Part shown: positions 7,553 to 17,453 of the stretch, piece by piece
Layout: every line of letters begins with the position of its first letter
Position numbering within the stretch: position 1 is the first letter of the stretch
Source of the DNA: a virus
Taxonomy: Duplodnaviria > Caudoviricetes
IMG/VR virus record: IMGVR_UViG_3300048670_000735
Span: 11,154-75,153 of that record
DNA: 64,000 bases
Reading direction: 5' to 3' (one strand)
Notes under the pieces: model-generated
Database searches by the model: none
Told to the model about the DNA's origin: nothing
The model's input: only the letters and a program-made list of their open reading frames with translations
Program-made: the position numbers and the translations under genes

Positions 7553-9487
7553 ATGTCACAAACTATTGCAAACCCTTATGAAAACTTTATTGCTTTATCT
7601 AGATATGCAAAATGGGTAGAATCAGAAGGTCGTAGAGAAACTTGGGGAGAAACAGTAGATCGATATTTTGACTTTATGTTAAGCCATTTAAATAAAAACT
7701 ATAATTATATTCCAGATGAAAAGCTTGTAGCGGAATTAAAAAATGGTGTATTTAAAAGAAACGTCATGCCGTCTATGCGCTCCGTTATGACTTCAGGAGC
7801 AGCTTTAGAAAGAGACAATGTTGCAGGATATAACTGCTCTTTTGTTCCAGTTGATTCACCTCGTTCATTTGATGAAACAATGTATATCCTTATGTGCGGC
7901 ACAGGAGTAGGATTTTCTGTTGAGTATAAGTACATCAACAAACTCCCTTCCGTTCCAGAAACTTTTGAAAAGTCTTCAACTGTAATTACTGTAGAAGATT
8001 CTAAACAAGGATGGGCAAAGTCTTATCGTGAGCTACTTGCACTTCTTTGGACAGGACAAATTCCAGCAATTGATGTATCTAAAGTTCGTCCTGCAGGAGC
8101 AAGACTTAAGACTATGGGTGGAAGATCTTCTGGGCCACAACCACTTGTAAACCTTTTTGATTTTACTATTGCAAAGTTTAAGAATGCAGCAGGACGCCAG
8201 TTAAAGCCTATTGAGGCACACGATATTATGTGCAAGATTGGTGAAGTTGTAGTTGTTGGAGGAGTTCGTCGCTCAGCAATGATTTCTCTTTCTAATATTA
8301 ATGACATTGAAATGGCAGCAGCAAAATCTGGTAATTGGTGGGAAAATAATACACAACGTGCACTATCTAATAACTCTGTTGCGTACTCACGCAAGCCAGA
8401 CATGGAGCAGTTTATTTCAGAATGGAAATCCTTGTATGATTCAAAATCAGGAGAAAGAGGCATATACAATGTGGCCGCAGCTCAGGCCCAAGCAGCCAAG
8501 TATGGTAAAAGAGATCCAGATATTCACTATGGAACTAACCCATGCTCAGAAATTATTCTACGTCCTTATCAGTTTTGTAACCTTTCAGAAGTCGTATTAC
8601 GTGAGCAAGATACAAAAGAGGATATTGCAAATAAAGTAAAGCTTGCAACAATACTTGGAACCTGGCAATCTACACTGACAGACTTTAAATATCTTAGAAA
8701 AATTTGGAAAGACAATACAGAAGAAGAAAGACTGCTTGGTGTTTCTCTAACTGGACAGTTTGGACATAAGTTCATGTCTGGAAAACAAGACATAGTTGCT
8801 TTAGAAGCTTATCTTATGTCTTTAAGAGAGTATGCTCGTGAAATGAATAAAGAAGAGGCTGGAAAAATTGGGATTTCTGAGTCTGCAGCTATCACATGCG
8901 TGAAGCCTTCTGGAACTGTGTCCCAGTTAGTCGGAGTGTCTTCAGGAATGCATGCATGGCATTCTCCGTATTATATTAGAACAGTTCGTGGTTCAAAAGG
9001 AGATCCAATTTCGGTATTCCTTAAAGAAGTGGGAATCCCCGTAGAAGATGATGTAATGAAGCCAAACGATACATACGTTTTTTCATTTCCAATAAAGGCG
9101 CCAGAAGGTGCAATTGTTAGAAATGATCTAACCGCTATCGAACACTTAAACATTTGGTTGGTTTATCAACGTGCATGGTGTGAGCATAAGCCATCAATTA
9201 CAGTTTCTGTAAAAGAAGATGAATGGATGGAAGTTGGTGCATGGGTATATAAGCATTTTGACGAAGTCTCTGGAATTTCATTTTTGCCGCATTCAGATCA
9301 TACTTATAAGCAGGCTCCTTATCAAGAGGTAACAAAAGAAGAATATGAGTCGCTTGTTGCAAATATGCCAGAAAATATTAGATGGGAAGATTTATCTTTC
9401 TATGAAACAGAAGATGGAACGTCTATAAATGCCACTCTTGCATGCAGCTCAGATGGAAATTGTGAGCTTGTAGATATTTCAGCATAG
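7553..9487 (+). CDS. nrdJ: Class II (adenosylcobalamin-dependent) ribonucleotide reductase
   Basis: MPSMR, YNCSF, GTNPCSEI, TCVKPSGTVSQL, HKPSITV and C-terminal CSSDGNC pair; no adjacent beta-subunit gene. Confidence 0.9.
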   Translation: MSQTIANPYENFIALSRYAKWVESEGRRETWGETVDRYFDFMLSHLNKNYNYIPDEKLVAELKNGVFKRNVMPSMRSVMTSGAALERDNVAGYNCSFVPVDSPRSFDETMYILMCGTGVGFSVEYKYINKLPSVPETFEKSSTVITVEDSKQGWAKSYRELLALLWTGQIPAIDVSKVRPAGARLKTMGGRSSGPQPLVNLFDFTIAKFKNAAGRQLKPIEAHDIMCKIGEVVVVGGVRRSAMISLSNINDIEMAAAKSGNWWENNTQRALSNNSVAYSRKPDMEQFISEWKSLYDSKSGERGIYNVAAAQAQAAKYGKRDPDIHYGTNPCSEIILRPYQFCNLSEVVLREQDTKEDIANKVKLATILGTWQSTLTDFKYLRKIWKDNTEEERLLGVSLTGQFGHKFMSGKQDIVALEAYLMSLREYAREMNKEEAGKIGISESAAITCVKPSGTVSQLVGVSSGMHAWHSPYYIRTVRGSKGDPISVFLKEVGIPVEDDVMKPNDTYVFSFPIKAPEGAIVRNDLTAIEHLNIWLVYQRAWCEHKPSITVSVKEDEWMEVGAWVYKHFDEVSGISFLPHSDHTYKQAPYQEVTKEEYESLVANMPENIRWEDLSFYETEDGTSINATLACSSDGNCELVDISA

Positions 9488-9553
9488 TGGTAGAATTATG
9501 GTATTGGGTAAAACCAAAATTCATGGGCATCCCGCCCACGAGGAGATGACAAA

Positions 9554-9793
9554 ATGGCTAAATTTGCAAAAGCAGATTTAAACAAAGATGGAAAGGTAAC
9601 AATGCAAGAACAGATTCTAGCAGCGTTAGCAAGCTACGGAAGAGCATTTCTTTCAGCAGCGCTAGCCTTATACATGACAGGAAATACAAATCCTAAAGAT
9701 TTACTACTTGGTGGCATCGCAGCCGTTGCACCCGTAATCTTGAAGGCGCTCAACCCAAATGATAAGAGTTTTGGGTTTACTAATAAAGCATAA
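9554..9793 (+). CDS. Holin-like membrane protein with N-terminal EF-hand-like extension
   Basis: Two hydrophobic helices (ALASYGRAFLSAALALYMTG, LLLGGIAAVAPVILKALNP); DLNKDGKVTMQE loop; promoter TTGTAG-17-TAGAAT at 9468-9496. Confidence 0.65.
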   Translation: MAKFAKADLNKDGKVTMQEQILAALASYGRAFLSAALALYMTGNTNPKDLLLGGIAAVAPVILKALNPNDKSFGFTNKA

Positions 9794-9808
9794 TAATTAG
9801 TCAATTAA

Positions 9809-9850
9809 GAATACTCCTGTGCTAAAATTGGTACAGGAGTATTCCTATTT
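9809..9850 (+). terminator. 14-bp stem-loop after the holin gene
   Basis: GAATACTCCTGTGC-taaaattg-GTACAGGAGTATTC-ctattt. Confidence 0.55.
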
Positions 9851-9865
9851 AGGAGACTATGGCAA

Positions 9866-10213
9866 ATGGCAGGACAAAAGAACTTTGAAGTAGATCAAAA
9901 TGCAACATTTAGCTTTATACTAGAATATAAAGATGATAATGACAACGCAATTGATTTAACTGGTGCATCTGCAAAGATGCAGATTCGTGATACAAAAGGT
10001 GGCTCTAAGTTAGCCGTCACCCTAACATCACCATCTGGTGGAATTACTATTAATGGTCCAACTGGGACACTAAATATTAAAATGACTCCAACCCAAACAA
10101 ATAAACTCTTTTATCCTAAATCATCTTATGATGTAATGGTTGTCGATTCTAATGGGAATAAGATAAAACTCCTTGAGGGCTTTATGACGCTCAATAGATC
10201 GGTAACCATCTAA
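9866..10213 (+). CDS. Virion structural protein, BppU N-terminal-like
   Basis: DQNATF..IDLTGASAKMQIR..YDV..LLEG pattern typical of this beta-sandwich adaptor. Confidence 0.65.
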   Translation: MAGQKNFEVDQNATFSFILEYKDDNDNAIDLTGASAKMQIRDTKGGSKLAVTLTSPSGGITINGPTGTLNIKMTPTQTNKLFYPKSSYDVMVVDSNGNKIKLLEGFMTLNRSVTI

Positions 10214-10653
10214 TGACCGAATCAGTAATAGTTAAAGAAACTAAAAATGAAGTAATTATAAAAACCCCTGGACCGCAAGGACCTAGGGGTAAAACCATTT
10301 TAAATGGGACAGGAAACCCTTCAAATAATTTTGGTCTCGAAGGAGATTTTTATTATGATGTTTCTATGTCAAAGTTGTGGGGACCTAAAAGAACAGACGC
10401 ATCCTGGGAAAACGCAACAATAATTGCTTTAACATCTAACACTCTTACTTATTCTTGGGAAATGGCTCAAGTTACTGGACCAGTTCAAGGTATATACTTA
10501 GTGGTGATAAATCATAACTTAGGATACAATCCAAACGTAACAATAAAGTCAAGCGCAGGGGATATACTTGAAACAGGTATAGACTATAACAACATAAACA
10601 AAATTACACTGACTATGGCACAGCCATTTTCAGGGACAGCATATCTGTCATAA
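10213..10653 (+). CDS. Fibre-associated structural protein with short collagen-like motif
   Basis: PGPQGPRG, GDFYYD, HNLGYNPNVT. Confidence 0.6.
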   Translation: MTESVIVKETKNEVIIKTPGPQGPRGKTILNGTGNPSNNFGLEGDFYYDVSMSKLWGPKRTDASWENATIIALTSNTLTYSWEMAQVTGPVQGIYLVVINHNLGYNPNVTIKSSAGDILETGIDYNNINKITLTMAQPFSGTAYLS

Positions 10654-10665
10654 GGGGGAAAGAAA

Positions 10666-11637
10666 ATGGCAAAAAAGTTTTTAGTTAGTATTGATCTCAA
10701 TAAGAATGAGTTACTCAATGCTAGAATTCAAAATTTAGGATCAGCACCATCAAATCCAGTATCAGGTCAGGTCTACTACAATACTGGCGATAACATCATG
10801 TACTTCTGGAATGGCACAGAATGGATTTCTACATCTGGCTCTCTAGAGGTTATTCAAGACGCTATTGGCGCATACGTAGAAGGCGGAGTAGGCCTTACAA
10901 GATCATACAATGACACTACAGGCGTAACAACAATAGATTTAGACAATACAGCTGTTACAGCAGGAACATACGGTTCAATTACCAAGGTTCCAACATTTAC
11001 TGTTGACCAGCAAGGACGTCTAACAGCTGCTAGTGAGGCAAACCTAGTTATTCCACTAGACTCACAAACAACAGGCGATTACGTAGCAACAATTATTGGA
11101 ACAGCTAACGAGGTAACAGTATCTCCAAATAGCGGTCACAATGCTGCAGTCACAATTGGCTTGCCAGACAATGTTGAAATTACTGGTAATTTACAAATTG
11201 GTGGAAACCTAAATGTTATTGGAACTGTCAACTCTGTAAACACTACACAGATTAACATTCAAGATAATAAAGTTAATCTTAATTCAGGATTTACAGGAAA
11301 CCCAGTAGCAGATGCTGGAATCAGAGTTGAGCGTGGAGACAAGCAGGATGTCGAAATCTTGTGGAAAGAGTCTTCAGAAAAATGGCAATTAACAAATGAT
11401 GGCCTAAACTATCACTCAATTGCTAGAAAATATGTAGAGGTTCTTGGAAGTCCATCTACAACTTATAATTTAATACACAATTTAAAAACATCTGAGGTTA
11501 CAGTTCAGGTTTTTCAGTCTGCCAGTCCTTTTGCTCAAGTTGAAGCAGATGTTAACTTAACAAATGAAAATACAGTAACAATTAATTTTGCTGTTGCACC
11601 AACAGCAGGAGAATACAAGGTTGTGATTGTAGGCTAA
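10666..11637 (+). CDS. Fibre/appendage structural protein
   Basis: GQVYYNT, VTAGTYG..VDQQGRLTAA, GNLNVIGT, HNL..VTVQVF fibre-type motifs. Confidence 0.65.
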   Translation: MAKKFLVSIDLNKNELLNARIQNLGSAPSNPVSGQVYYNTGDNIMYFWNGTEWISTSGSLEVIQDAIGAYVEGGVGLTRSYNDTTGVTTIDLDNTAVTAGTYGSITKVPTFTVDQQGRLTAASEANLVIPLDSQTTGDYVATIIGTANEVTVSPNSGHNAAVTIGLPDNVEITGNLQIGGNLNVIGTVNSVNTTQINIQDNKVNLNSGFTGNPVADAGIRVERGDKQDVEILWKESSEKWQLTNDGLNYHSIARKYVEVLGSPSTTYNLIHNLKTSEVTVQVFQSASPFAQVEADVNLTNENTVTINFAVAPTAGEYKVVIVG

Positions 11638-11638
11638 A

Positions 11639-12100
11639 ATGTCACGAAAAATGAAGGTGTTATTAAATTTACTTACACTGGTAACAGACCCAGAGGTAGG
11701 GCAAGAAGGTGATGTTTACTTTAACGTAACCTCTAAAAATTTAAGAATATTTAATGGTTTTGAATGGATTGAGCTTACACCCCCAAGTACAGATCCTACA
11801 CCATTTTATAGACACACTCATGCTTATGATGGAGAAGTAGCAACAATTGATATGCAGAATCCAATAACATTTTTAGAGTATAATGAGATAGAGTCTGCAG
11901 CAGTAATTCTTCCAGAAGTTGTTGGAATGGATGGAGGAGGCCCAGTGGAAACAAATGTTAATCCGTCATGGGAAACCTTAACGCTATTTGATGGCGGCAC
12001 AGAGCAAGAAGTTTTAGAGAATGAGAATCTAATAGATGGAGGAGGATCCGAAAACATCGTAGGAGGAGATATCCTAGATGGTGGAGGATCACACGAATAA
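11639..12100 (+). CDS. Acidic structural protein with DGG repeats
   Basis: GDVYFN..LRIFNG; four DGG motifs near the C-terminus. Confidence 0.55.
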   Translation: MSRKMKVLLNLLTLVTDPEVGQEGDVYFNVTSKNLRIFNGFEWIELTPPSTDPTPFYRHTHAYDGEVATIDMQNPITFLEYNEIESAAVILPEVVGMDGGGPVETNVNPSWETLTLFDGGTEQEVLENENLIDGGGSENIVGGDILDGGGSHE

Positions 12101-14097
12101 TGGCAACTAGAATTCAATTAAGAAGAGATACAGCACAGAACTGGTCTTTAAACAATCCTATACTTTTATCAGGAGAAATGGGAATTGAAACAGACACACT
12201 AAAAATAAAAATAGGTAACGGTTCAAGATGGAACTCTATTTCAACTTATGCATTTAAAGTTGGTCAAGCCAACGGAGTTGCAACACTAGACTCAACAGGC
12301 AAAATTCCAGCATCTCAAATTCCTACAAATATCAACATATCAGAATTAATTGATTCTCTTACAACTTCAGATATTGAAGAAGGATCAAATTTATATTTTA
12401 CAAATTCTAGAGCAGTATCAGCAAACGCTTCTGCAATTACAAATGCAATTGCAACAGAGGTTACAAATAGAAATGCTGCTATTGCTACTGCAAAGACTGA
12501 AGCCATTACCGCTGCATCAACAGATGCTACTACAAAATCTAATTCAGTACAAACAGCAGCAGCTTCAGATGCTACAGTAAAAGCAAATGCTGCAAAAAAT
12601 GAAGCAATTGCAGCATCTTCAATTGATGCTACTACAAAGGTTAATTCTGCCCTATCAACAGTTGCATCTAATTTGAATTCAGCAATTTCAGCAGAAGCTT
12701 CAAATAGAAACTCAGCAATTTCAACAGCAGTTTCAGGAGCAATAAATACTCTTACAACAAGTAATATTACTGAAGGAACAAATAAATATTTTACAGATGC
12801 TCGTGCAAAAGCAGCAGTAGCTTCTGATATTGCTAATGCAATTGATGCAATTCAATATGATGCAGGCATAACCGATCTTGCTTCATTTACAACATCTAAT
12901 TTGGCAGAAGGCGCAAACCTTTACTTTACAAATGCAAGAGCAATTTCTGCAACAAATAATAAGTTTAATGATATTTTAATAGCAATCAATACAGCAACAG
13001 ATGATTTGTCTTTGACAATTTCAAATGACTATTTATCTAAGTCTGAAGCTGCCAGCACATATGTAACATCACAAACTTTATCTAATACAGTTTCAGATTA
13101 TGTTTTAGAATCAGATAGAAACCAACAAGGTGGATTTGCAGGTCTTGATAATACAACTCACATATTAGATTCAATAATTCCAATAACAATTGCTAGAGTA
13201 TCTTCTCCTACATTTACAGGAACAGTAAATGCATCAAATCTAACTATTACAGGAAACCTAACAGTATCTGGAACAACAACAACAGTTAATTCTGAAAATT
13301 TATCAGTAAATGATCCACTAATAAAACTTTCACAAAATCAATATACCGCAGATGTTGTGGACATTGGTATTTATGGTTCATATGGAGCTTCTGGCAATAA
13401 TGCAGGAAATCACCCACACACTGGGCTTGTCCGTGATGCATCAGATAAAAAATGGAAGCTAATATCTGGAGCAGCAGAGGCAATATCAAATGAAATAAAT
13501 TTTGCATCAGTAGTTTATGATACATTAAAAGTTGGAGGCCTTGAAGTTGGGTCAGTTACCAATACAGAAATTGGATATTTAAGTGGAGTAACAAGCTCAA
13601 TACAGTCTCAGATATCTTCTAAGGCCCCTGTAGCATCACCAACATTTACTGGAACAGTTTCTGGTATTACAAAGTCTATGGTTGGACTTGGAAATGTTGA
13701 TAATACAACAGATGCAAACAAACCAATATCTTCTGCTACACAAGCTGCATTGAATGCTAAATTAACATCAGCTCAAGCAGATTTAAAGTATGCAACAATT
13801 GAAAATCCTTCATTTATTGGAATAATGGATTTTTCTCAACTAACAGTAACTGGACTTGAACTAGGGGATCCACTTCCTGCACAAGCTGGCAACTCTGGAA
13901 AATATTTAACAACAAACGGATCTGTAGCCGCATGGTCAACAATAAATCTTTCTGATTATCTTTCTAAAACAGAGGCCTCTTCAGATTATTTAAAAAAATC
14001 AGATGCAGCCAATGCTTATCAGTCTAAGATTACATACGGAACAAGCCAAACACCAACAACTGCTGGCGTGGCTGGCGATATTTACATACAGTACTAG
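12100..14097 (+). CDS. Fibre protein with Mtd-like N-terminal domain (module A)
   Basis: RIQLRRDTAQNW..NPILLSGEMGIETDT..KIGNG; three EGxNxYFT repeats; VGLGNVDNTTDANKP repeat. Confidence 0.8.
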   Translation: MATRIQLRRDTAQNWSLNNPILLSGEMGIETDTLKIKIGNGSRWNSISTYAFKVGQANGVATLDSTGKIPASQIPTNINISELIDSLTTSDIEEGSNLYFTNSRAVSANASAITNAIATEVTNRNAAIATAKTEAITAASTDATTKSNSVQTAAASDATVKANAAKNEAIAASSIDATTKVNSALSTVASNLNSAISAEASNRNSAISTAVSGAINTLTTSNITEGTNKYFTDARAKAAVASDIANAIDAIQYDAGITDLASFTTSNLAEGANLYFTNARAISATNNKFNDILIAINTATDDLSLTISNDYLSKSEAASTYVTSQTLSNTVSDYVLESDRNQQGGFAGLDNTTHILDSIIPITIARVSSPTFTGTVNASNLTITGNLTVSGTTTTVNSENLSVNDPLIKLSQNQYTADVVDIGIYGSYGASGNNAGNHPHTGLVRDASDKKWKLISGAAEAISNEINFASVVYDTLKVGGLEVGSVTNTEIGYLSGVTSSIQSQISSKAPVASPTFTGTVSGITKSMVGLGNVDNTTDANKPISSATQAALNAKLTSAQADLKYATIENPSFIGIMDFSQLTVTGLELGDPLPAQAGNSGKYLTTNGSVAAWSTINLSDYLSKTEASSDYLKKSDAANAYQSKITYGTSQTPTTAGVAGDIYIQY

Positions 14098-14106
14098 GAG
14101 GAACAA

Positions 14107-16878
14107 ATGCCATTTAAAATTTTTGACGGCTCCTCTTGGAATCAATTCAAAAATATAAAAATTAACGACGGCACCTCTTGGCAACCGTATAAAAAAGCAT
14201 TTGTTCATAATGGTACAGAGTGGAAAGAAATAGTTGCACCAATACCAGTAAATACAGCATTACCAGAGCTTTCATGGTCAACAGGCATACCTAACATTGT
14301 TAATCAAAATGTATCTGTATCAAACGGATCTTGGACAAACTCTCCTATATCATATAAATATCAATGGCAAAGCGGTTACTATGCAGTATCTGGATCATTA
14401 ATATGGGAAGACATAGCGGGAGCAACTTCTAGCTCATATTCAATTACTTCAGATGAAATATGCATGTTTATGGTCGGAAGATTAATAAGATGCTCTGTTA
14501 TAGCCATAAACAATGCAGGAGAAAGTTTGCCTTCTTACGGATCAATGTTTCAAACAATTATTGCTCCAGAAACAATGACATCTCTTTCTGCATCTGTTTC
14601 AGAAAATGGAGTAGTACAACTTTCATGGAGCAGATCAAAAGGTGCAAATGGCTATTACCTTCAATATCAAGGCCCAGAAGTTGCATTTACACAAATGGAT
14701 TTAGGTGATGTAACATCTTACACCATAAACACTGGACTAGCTTCTGGGACACTTGGAATATTAGTTGCTCCAATAAATACAACTAGCCCGTGGAAAGCAT
14801 ATTCTAACTCAAATGTTCAAGGTCAAGGAATGAATGCTGTTATATATGACCTTAAACCACTTAAGCCAAGAGTTACAGCAACATCTGTTGTTCAACATGC
14901 AAATGCTGTAACAGTGAGCTGGACAAATGAGCGTTTAACACAAACTTCTTATGAAGTTAGAACAATTGCAGTAGATGGAGCACCAGTAAGCAACGGACCA
15001 CTGAATTATTTTTATGAAATGTATAATGGCTCATCAACATCATGGACATCAGAAAATCTTCCAGGCGGACGTGCTTACACCTTTAAGGTTGTGGTAAATG
15101 GAACTGCTACAGGGTTTACAGAAACTTCTTGGGAATCAAATTCAACTACAACCACACTTCCAGTACCATCTGCTCCTTCAATTATTGAGGCTCCAGTAAT
15201 AACTAGCACTGGAAGATACTTTGGCTTGTCAAGAGGAGCTTCATGGGCAAATAATCCAGATTCAACCTCCTATAGTTGGTTTGCAAACGGACAACCACTT
15301 GGTCAATATGGCGGATCAATTACTTTAGACAGCTCTTATGATGGACAATCAGTTTATGTTGTATCTTATGCAACAAATGCAGGCGGATCATCTCAATCTC
15401 AAAGTAATTCATTAATTTGTTCAGCCCCGTCTCGCCCAACTAATCTGACTAGCCCAAGAATAATTGAATTAAATGGAAGCATGGTAGTTACAAGTGACGG
15501 TACTTGGAATGGCAATCCAACCTCTTATAGATATGAATGGAAAACAATAAATGATAGAGATTTTACATTAGGAGTAGGAACAAATAGCTCTTCATATAAT
15601 TTTGGATCAAATAGAACAAATACTTATTATGTTCTAGTTTGGGCAAGCAATCAGTTCGGAGAAAGCTTATCTGCTGCAATTTCAAATTCTTTAGTACCTT
15701 CAGCAGGCAATATAACATACGGATCATGCGAATCTTATTCAAATGGAACTGACTACGGCTACGATTGCTCTGGAACTACAAAGATGACCTGGACAAGAAC
15801 AATAATTGATTATAGAGAGCCTCAGCTTTTAAATGGTGTTGCAAATGGAACATATAGGTATGGCTGCTCGGCAAGAACATATGGAGAAAAACAATATGGA
15901 CCAACCTATGCTTGGACATTTAATTCTGCAGACTGTGGATATCAACAAACAAATTGTACTACTTGTAATTCATATATTCCATCAACAGGAAACTATAGCA
16001 GAAATGACTCAAACTGTGCGTCTGGAAGAAGATACTATAGAACTTGTATAACACCAAGTGGTTGCCCTAATATTGACCAAGACGGGGATTGCGTTCCTCA
16101 ATCAACCGATTGCAATACAGTTGTAAGATATCTTCCAGAAAGTGGATGGGACACTTCTCCATCTACTTCAGCAACAGGATTCCCAGCCTGTTCTTCAGGA
16201 TATAGATATTACAAAGTTGCAGTTAAAAATGAAGGTTGTTCAAATGAGTTAATTTGGGGAGATTGTACAGCATCAACATGGTATTGCTCTTTAAATGCAA
16301 CTGATGAACAAAATCAGTATACTTCTGCAACAGATGTTTCAACATCATCATGTAATCAGTATGCTGTTGCTTGCTCTACTTCTGGATACCCTGCTTTCCC
16401 AGCAATTCCAGTATGTGCACCAACACCTACACCTACACCAACTCCGACACCTACTCCGACACCTACTCCAACTCCGACACCCACTCCAACTCCGACACCT
16501 GCAAGCCCATGTTGCCAACCTGACGACGCTGGATATTGCACAAATATTGATGGAAATGGATATGGAGATTATTATAATTACCAGTACGATCCTTGCACTG
16601 GATCCTCATGCCCACCACAATATGTAGGAAGAACTTTCTGTGGAGTTCCAACACCACCATCATTCTTTAGCCCTCCACAATTCTTTAGCCCTCCAAGCTT
16701 CTGGGACGACTGGGAACCTCCATACTTCTTTAGCCCTCCACAATTCTTTAGCCCTCCAGACTTCTTTAGCCCTCCAAGCTTCTGGGACGACTGGGAACCT
16801 CCATACTTCTATAGCCCTCCAGAATTCTTTAGCCCTCCAGACTTCTTTAGCCCTCCAGTATTCGAAAGGTATGACTGA
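14107..16878 (+). CDS. Ig/FN3-domain virion protein with Cys-rich region, PT linker and C-terminal FFSPP repeats
   Basis: GSWTNSPISYKYQW and GTWNGNPTSYRYEW Ig-like repeats, FN3 segments, many Cys, (PT)13P, FFSPPx repeats. Confidence 0.75.
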   Translation: MPFKIFDGSSWNQFKNIKINDGTSWQPYKKAFVHNGTEWKEIVAPIPVNTALPELSWSTGIPNIVNQNVSVSNGSWTNSPISYKYQWQSGYYAVSGSLIWEDIAGATSSSYSITSDEICMFMVGRLIRCSVIAINNAGESLPSYGSMFQTIIAPETMTSLSASVSENGVVQLSWSRSKGANGYYLQYQGPEVAFTQMDLGDVTSYTINTGLASGTLGILVAPINTTSPWKAYSNSNVQGQGMNAVIYDLKPLKPRVTATSVVQHANAVTVSWTNERLTQTSYEVRTIAVDGAPVSNGPLNYFYEMYNGSSTSWTSENLPGGRAYTFKVVVNGTATGFTETSWESNSTTTTLPVPSAPSIIEAPVITSTGRYFGLSRGASWANNPDSTSYSWFANGQPLGQYGGSITLDSSYDGQSVYVVSYATNAGGSSQSQSNSLICSAPSRPTNLTSPRIIELNGSMVVTSDGTWNGNPTSYRYEWKTINDRDFTLGVGTNSSSYNFGSNRTNTYYVLVWASNQFGESLSAAISNSLVPSAGNITYGSCESYSNGTDYGYDCSGTTKMTWTRTIIDYREPQLLNGVANGTYRYGCSARTYGEKQYGPTYAWTFNSADCGYQQTNCTTCNSYIPSTGNYSRNDSNCASGRRYYRTCITPSGCPNIDQDGDCVPQSTDCNTVVRYLPESGWDTSPSTSATGFPACSSGYRYYKVAVKNEGCSNELIWGDCTASTWYCSLNATDEQNQYTSATDVSTSSCNQYAVACSTSGYPAFPAIPVCAPTPTPTPTPTPTPTPTPTPTPTPTPTPASPCCQPDDAGYCTNIDGNGYGDYYNYQYDPCTGSSCPPQYVGRTFCGVPTPPSFFSPPQFFSPPSFWDDWEPPYFFSPPQFFSPPDFFSPPSFWDDWEPPYFYSPPEFFSPPDFFSPPVFERYD
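16420..16500 (+). repeat. 6-bp coding tandem repeat encoding (PT)13P
   Basis: cca/cct/ccg + aca/act codon pairs. Confidence 0.95.
16654..16875 (+). repeat. Coding repeat: 8x F[FY]SPPx plus 2x FWDDWEPPY
   Basis: Repeated ttctttagccctcca and ttctgggacgactgggaacctccatac. Confidence 0.95.
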
Positions 16879-16948
16879 TGATGCTGATATCAGAATGCTT
16901 TACATCAAGCGGTGTCCCATGCTCCAAAGCAGGATCATGGTGTTAGTA

Positions 16949-16977
16949 TTGTAAAAATGGTGTCAATATGGTAGAAT
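16949..16977 (+). promoter_or_regulatory. Leaderless promoter of the module A cassette
   Basis: TTGTAA-17-TAGAAT (extended TG), ATG 7 nt downstream. Confidence 0.65.
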
Positions 16978-16984
16978 TAACATT

Positions 16985-17221
16985 ATGAAAATAAATATTT
17001 ATAAAGATGAAAAAATATTCATATCTGTCTCTGGACAAAATGCTTTTAATTTTTTTAAAAATAAAGATAATTTAACTTATACAATAGAGCCTAATACAAA
17101 AACAGAGGAAAGACATTTCTTAAAATATGTTTTTGAAGAACATGCTTTTAATGTTGAAATAAATGACACAATGGCAGAGGCCATATTAAACGAATATAGA
17201 TTTGAGTTGATTAATGAATGA
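16985..17221 (+). CDS. Hypothetical protein
   Basis: ORF track; directly behind a promoter. Confidence 0.6.
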   Translation: MKINIYKDEKIFISVSGQNAFNFFKNKDNLTYTIEPNTKTEERHFLKYVFEEHAFNVEINDTMAEAILNEYRFELINE

Positions 17222-17453
17222 AGAACTTACCCCTTGGGAAAAATATAAGCAAAATTTAGGTGAAACAAGACCTTGGGATATTGTAAATCCTGCAACAAAG
17301 TGGGTAGACGAAGATAAAGCAAAAGAAAGATTTGCTATTTGTAAAGATTGTCCAGAACTTATAAAACTAACTACTCAATGCAAGAAGTGTGGCTGTATTA
17401 TGAAAATAAAAACAAAACTTGAAAAAGCTTCCTGCCCAATTGGTAAATGGTAA
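17214..17453 (+). CDS. Small Cys-rich protein (DUF6171-like)
   Basis: RFAICKDC..QCKKCGC..CPIGKW. Confidence 0.7.
   Translation: MNEELTPWEKYKQNLGETRPWDIVNPATKWVDEDKAKERFAICKDCPELIKLTTQCKKCGCIMKIKTKLEKASCPIGKW

Noticed and set aside
7553-9487. Class I NrdA, or intein/intron in the RNR
   Set aside because: No C-terminal Tyr pair or beta-subunit gene; length and motifs are continuous with no insertion
16876-16887. TGA TGA TGC TGA as recoded or selenocysteine codons
   Set aside because: TGA, TAA and TAG all terminate well-defined genes elsewhere; no suppressor or Sec tRNA was seen
16295-16954. Alternative-frame ORFs over repeats (GVGVGV, LHLLRH, SLALQ; also RTLEVQ at 23667)
   Set aside because: Shadows of stop-free coding repeats, without SD or promoter support
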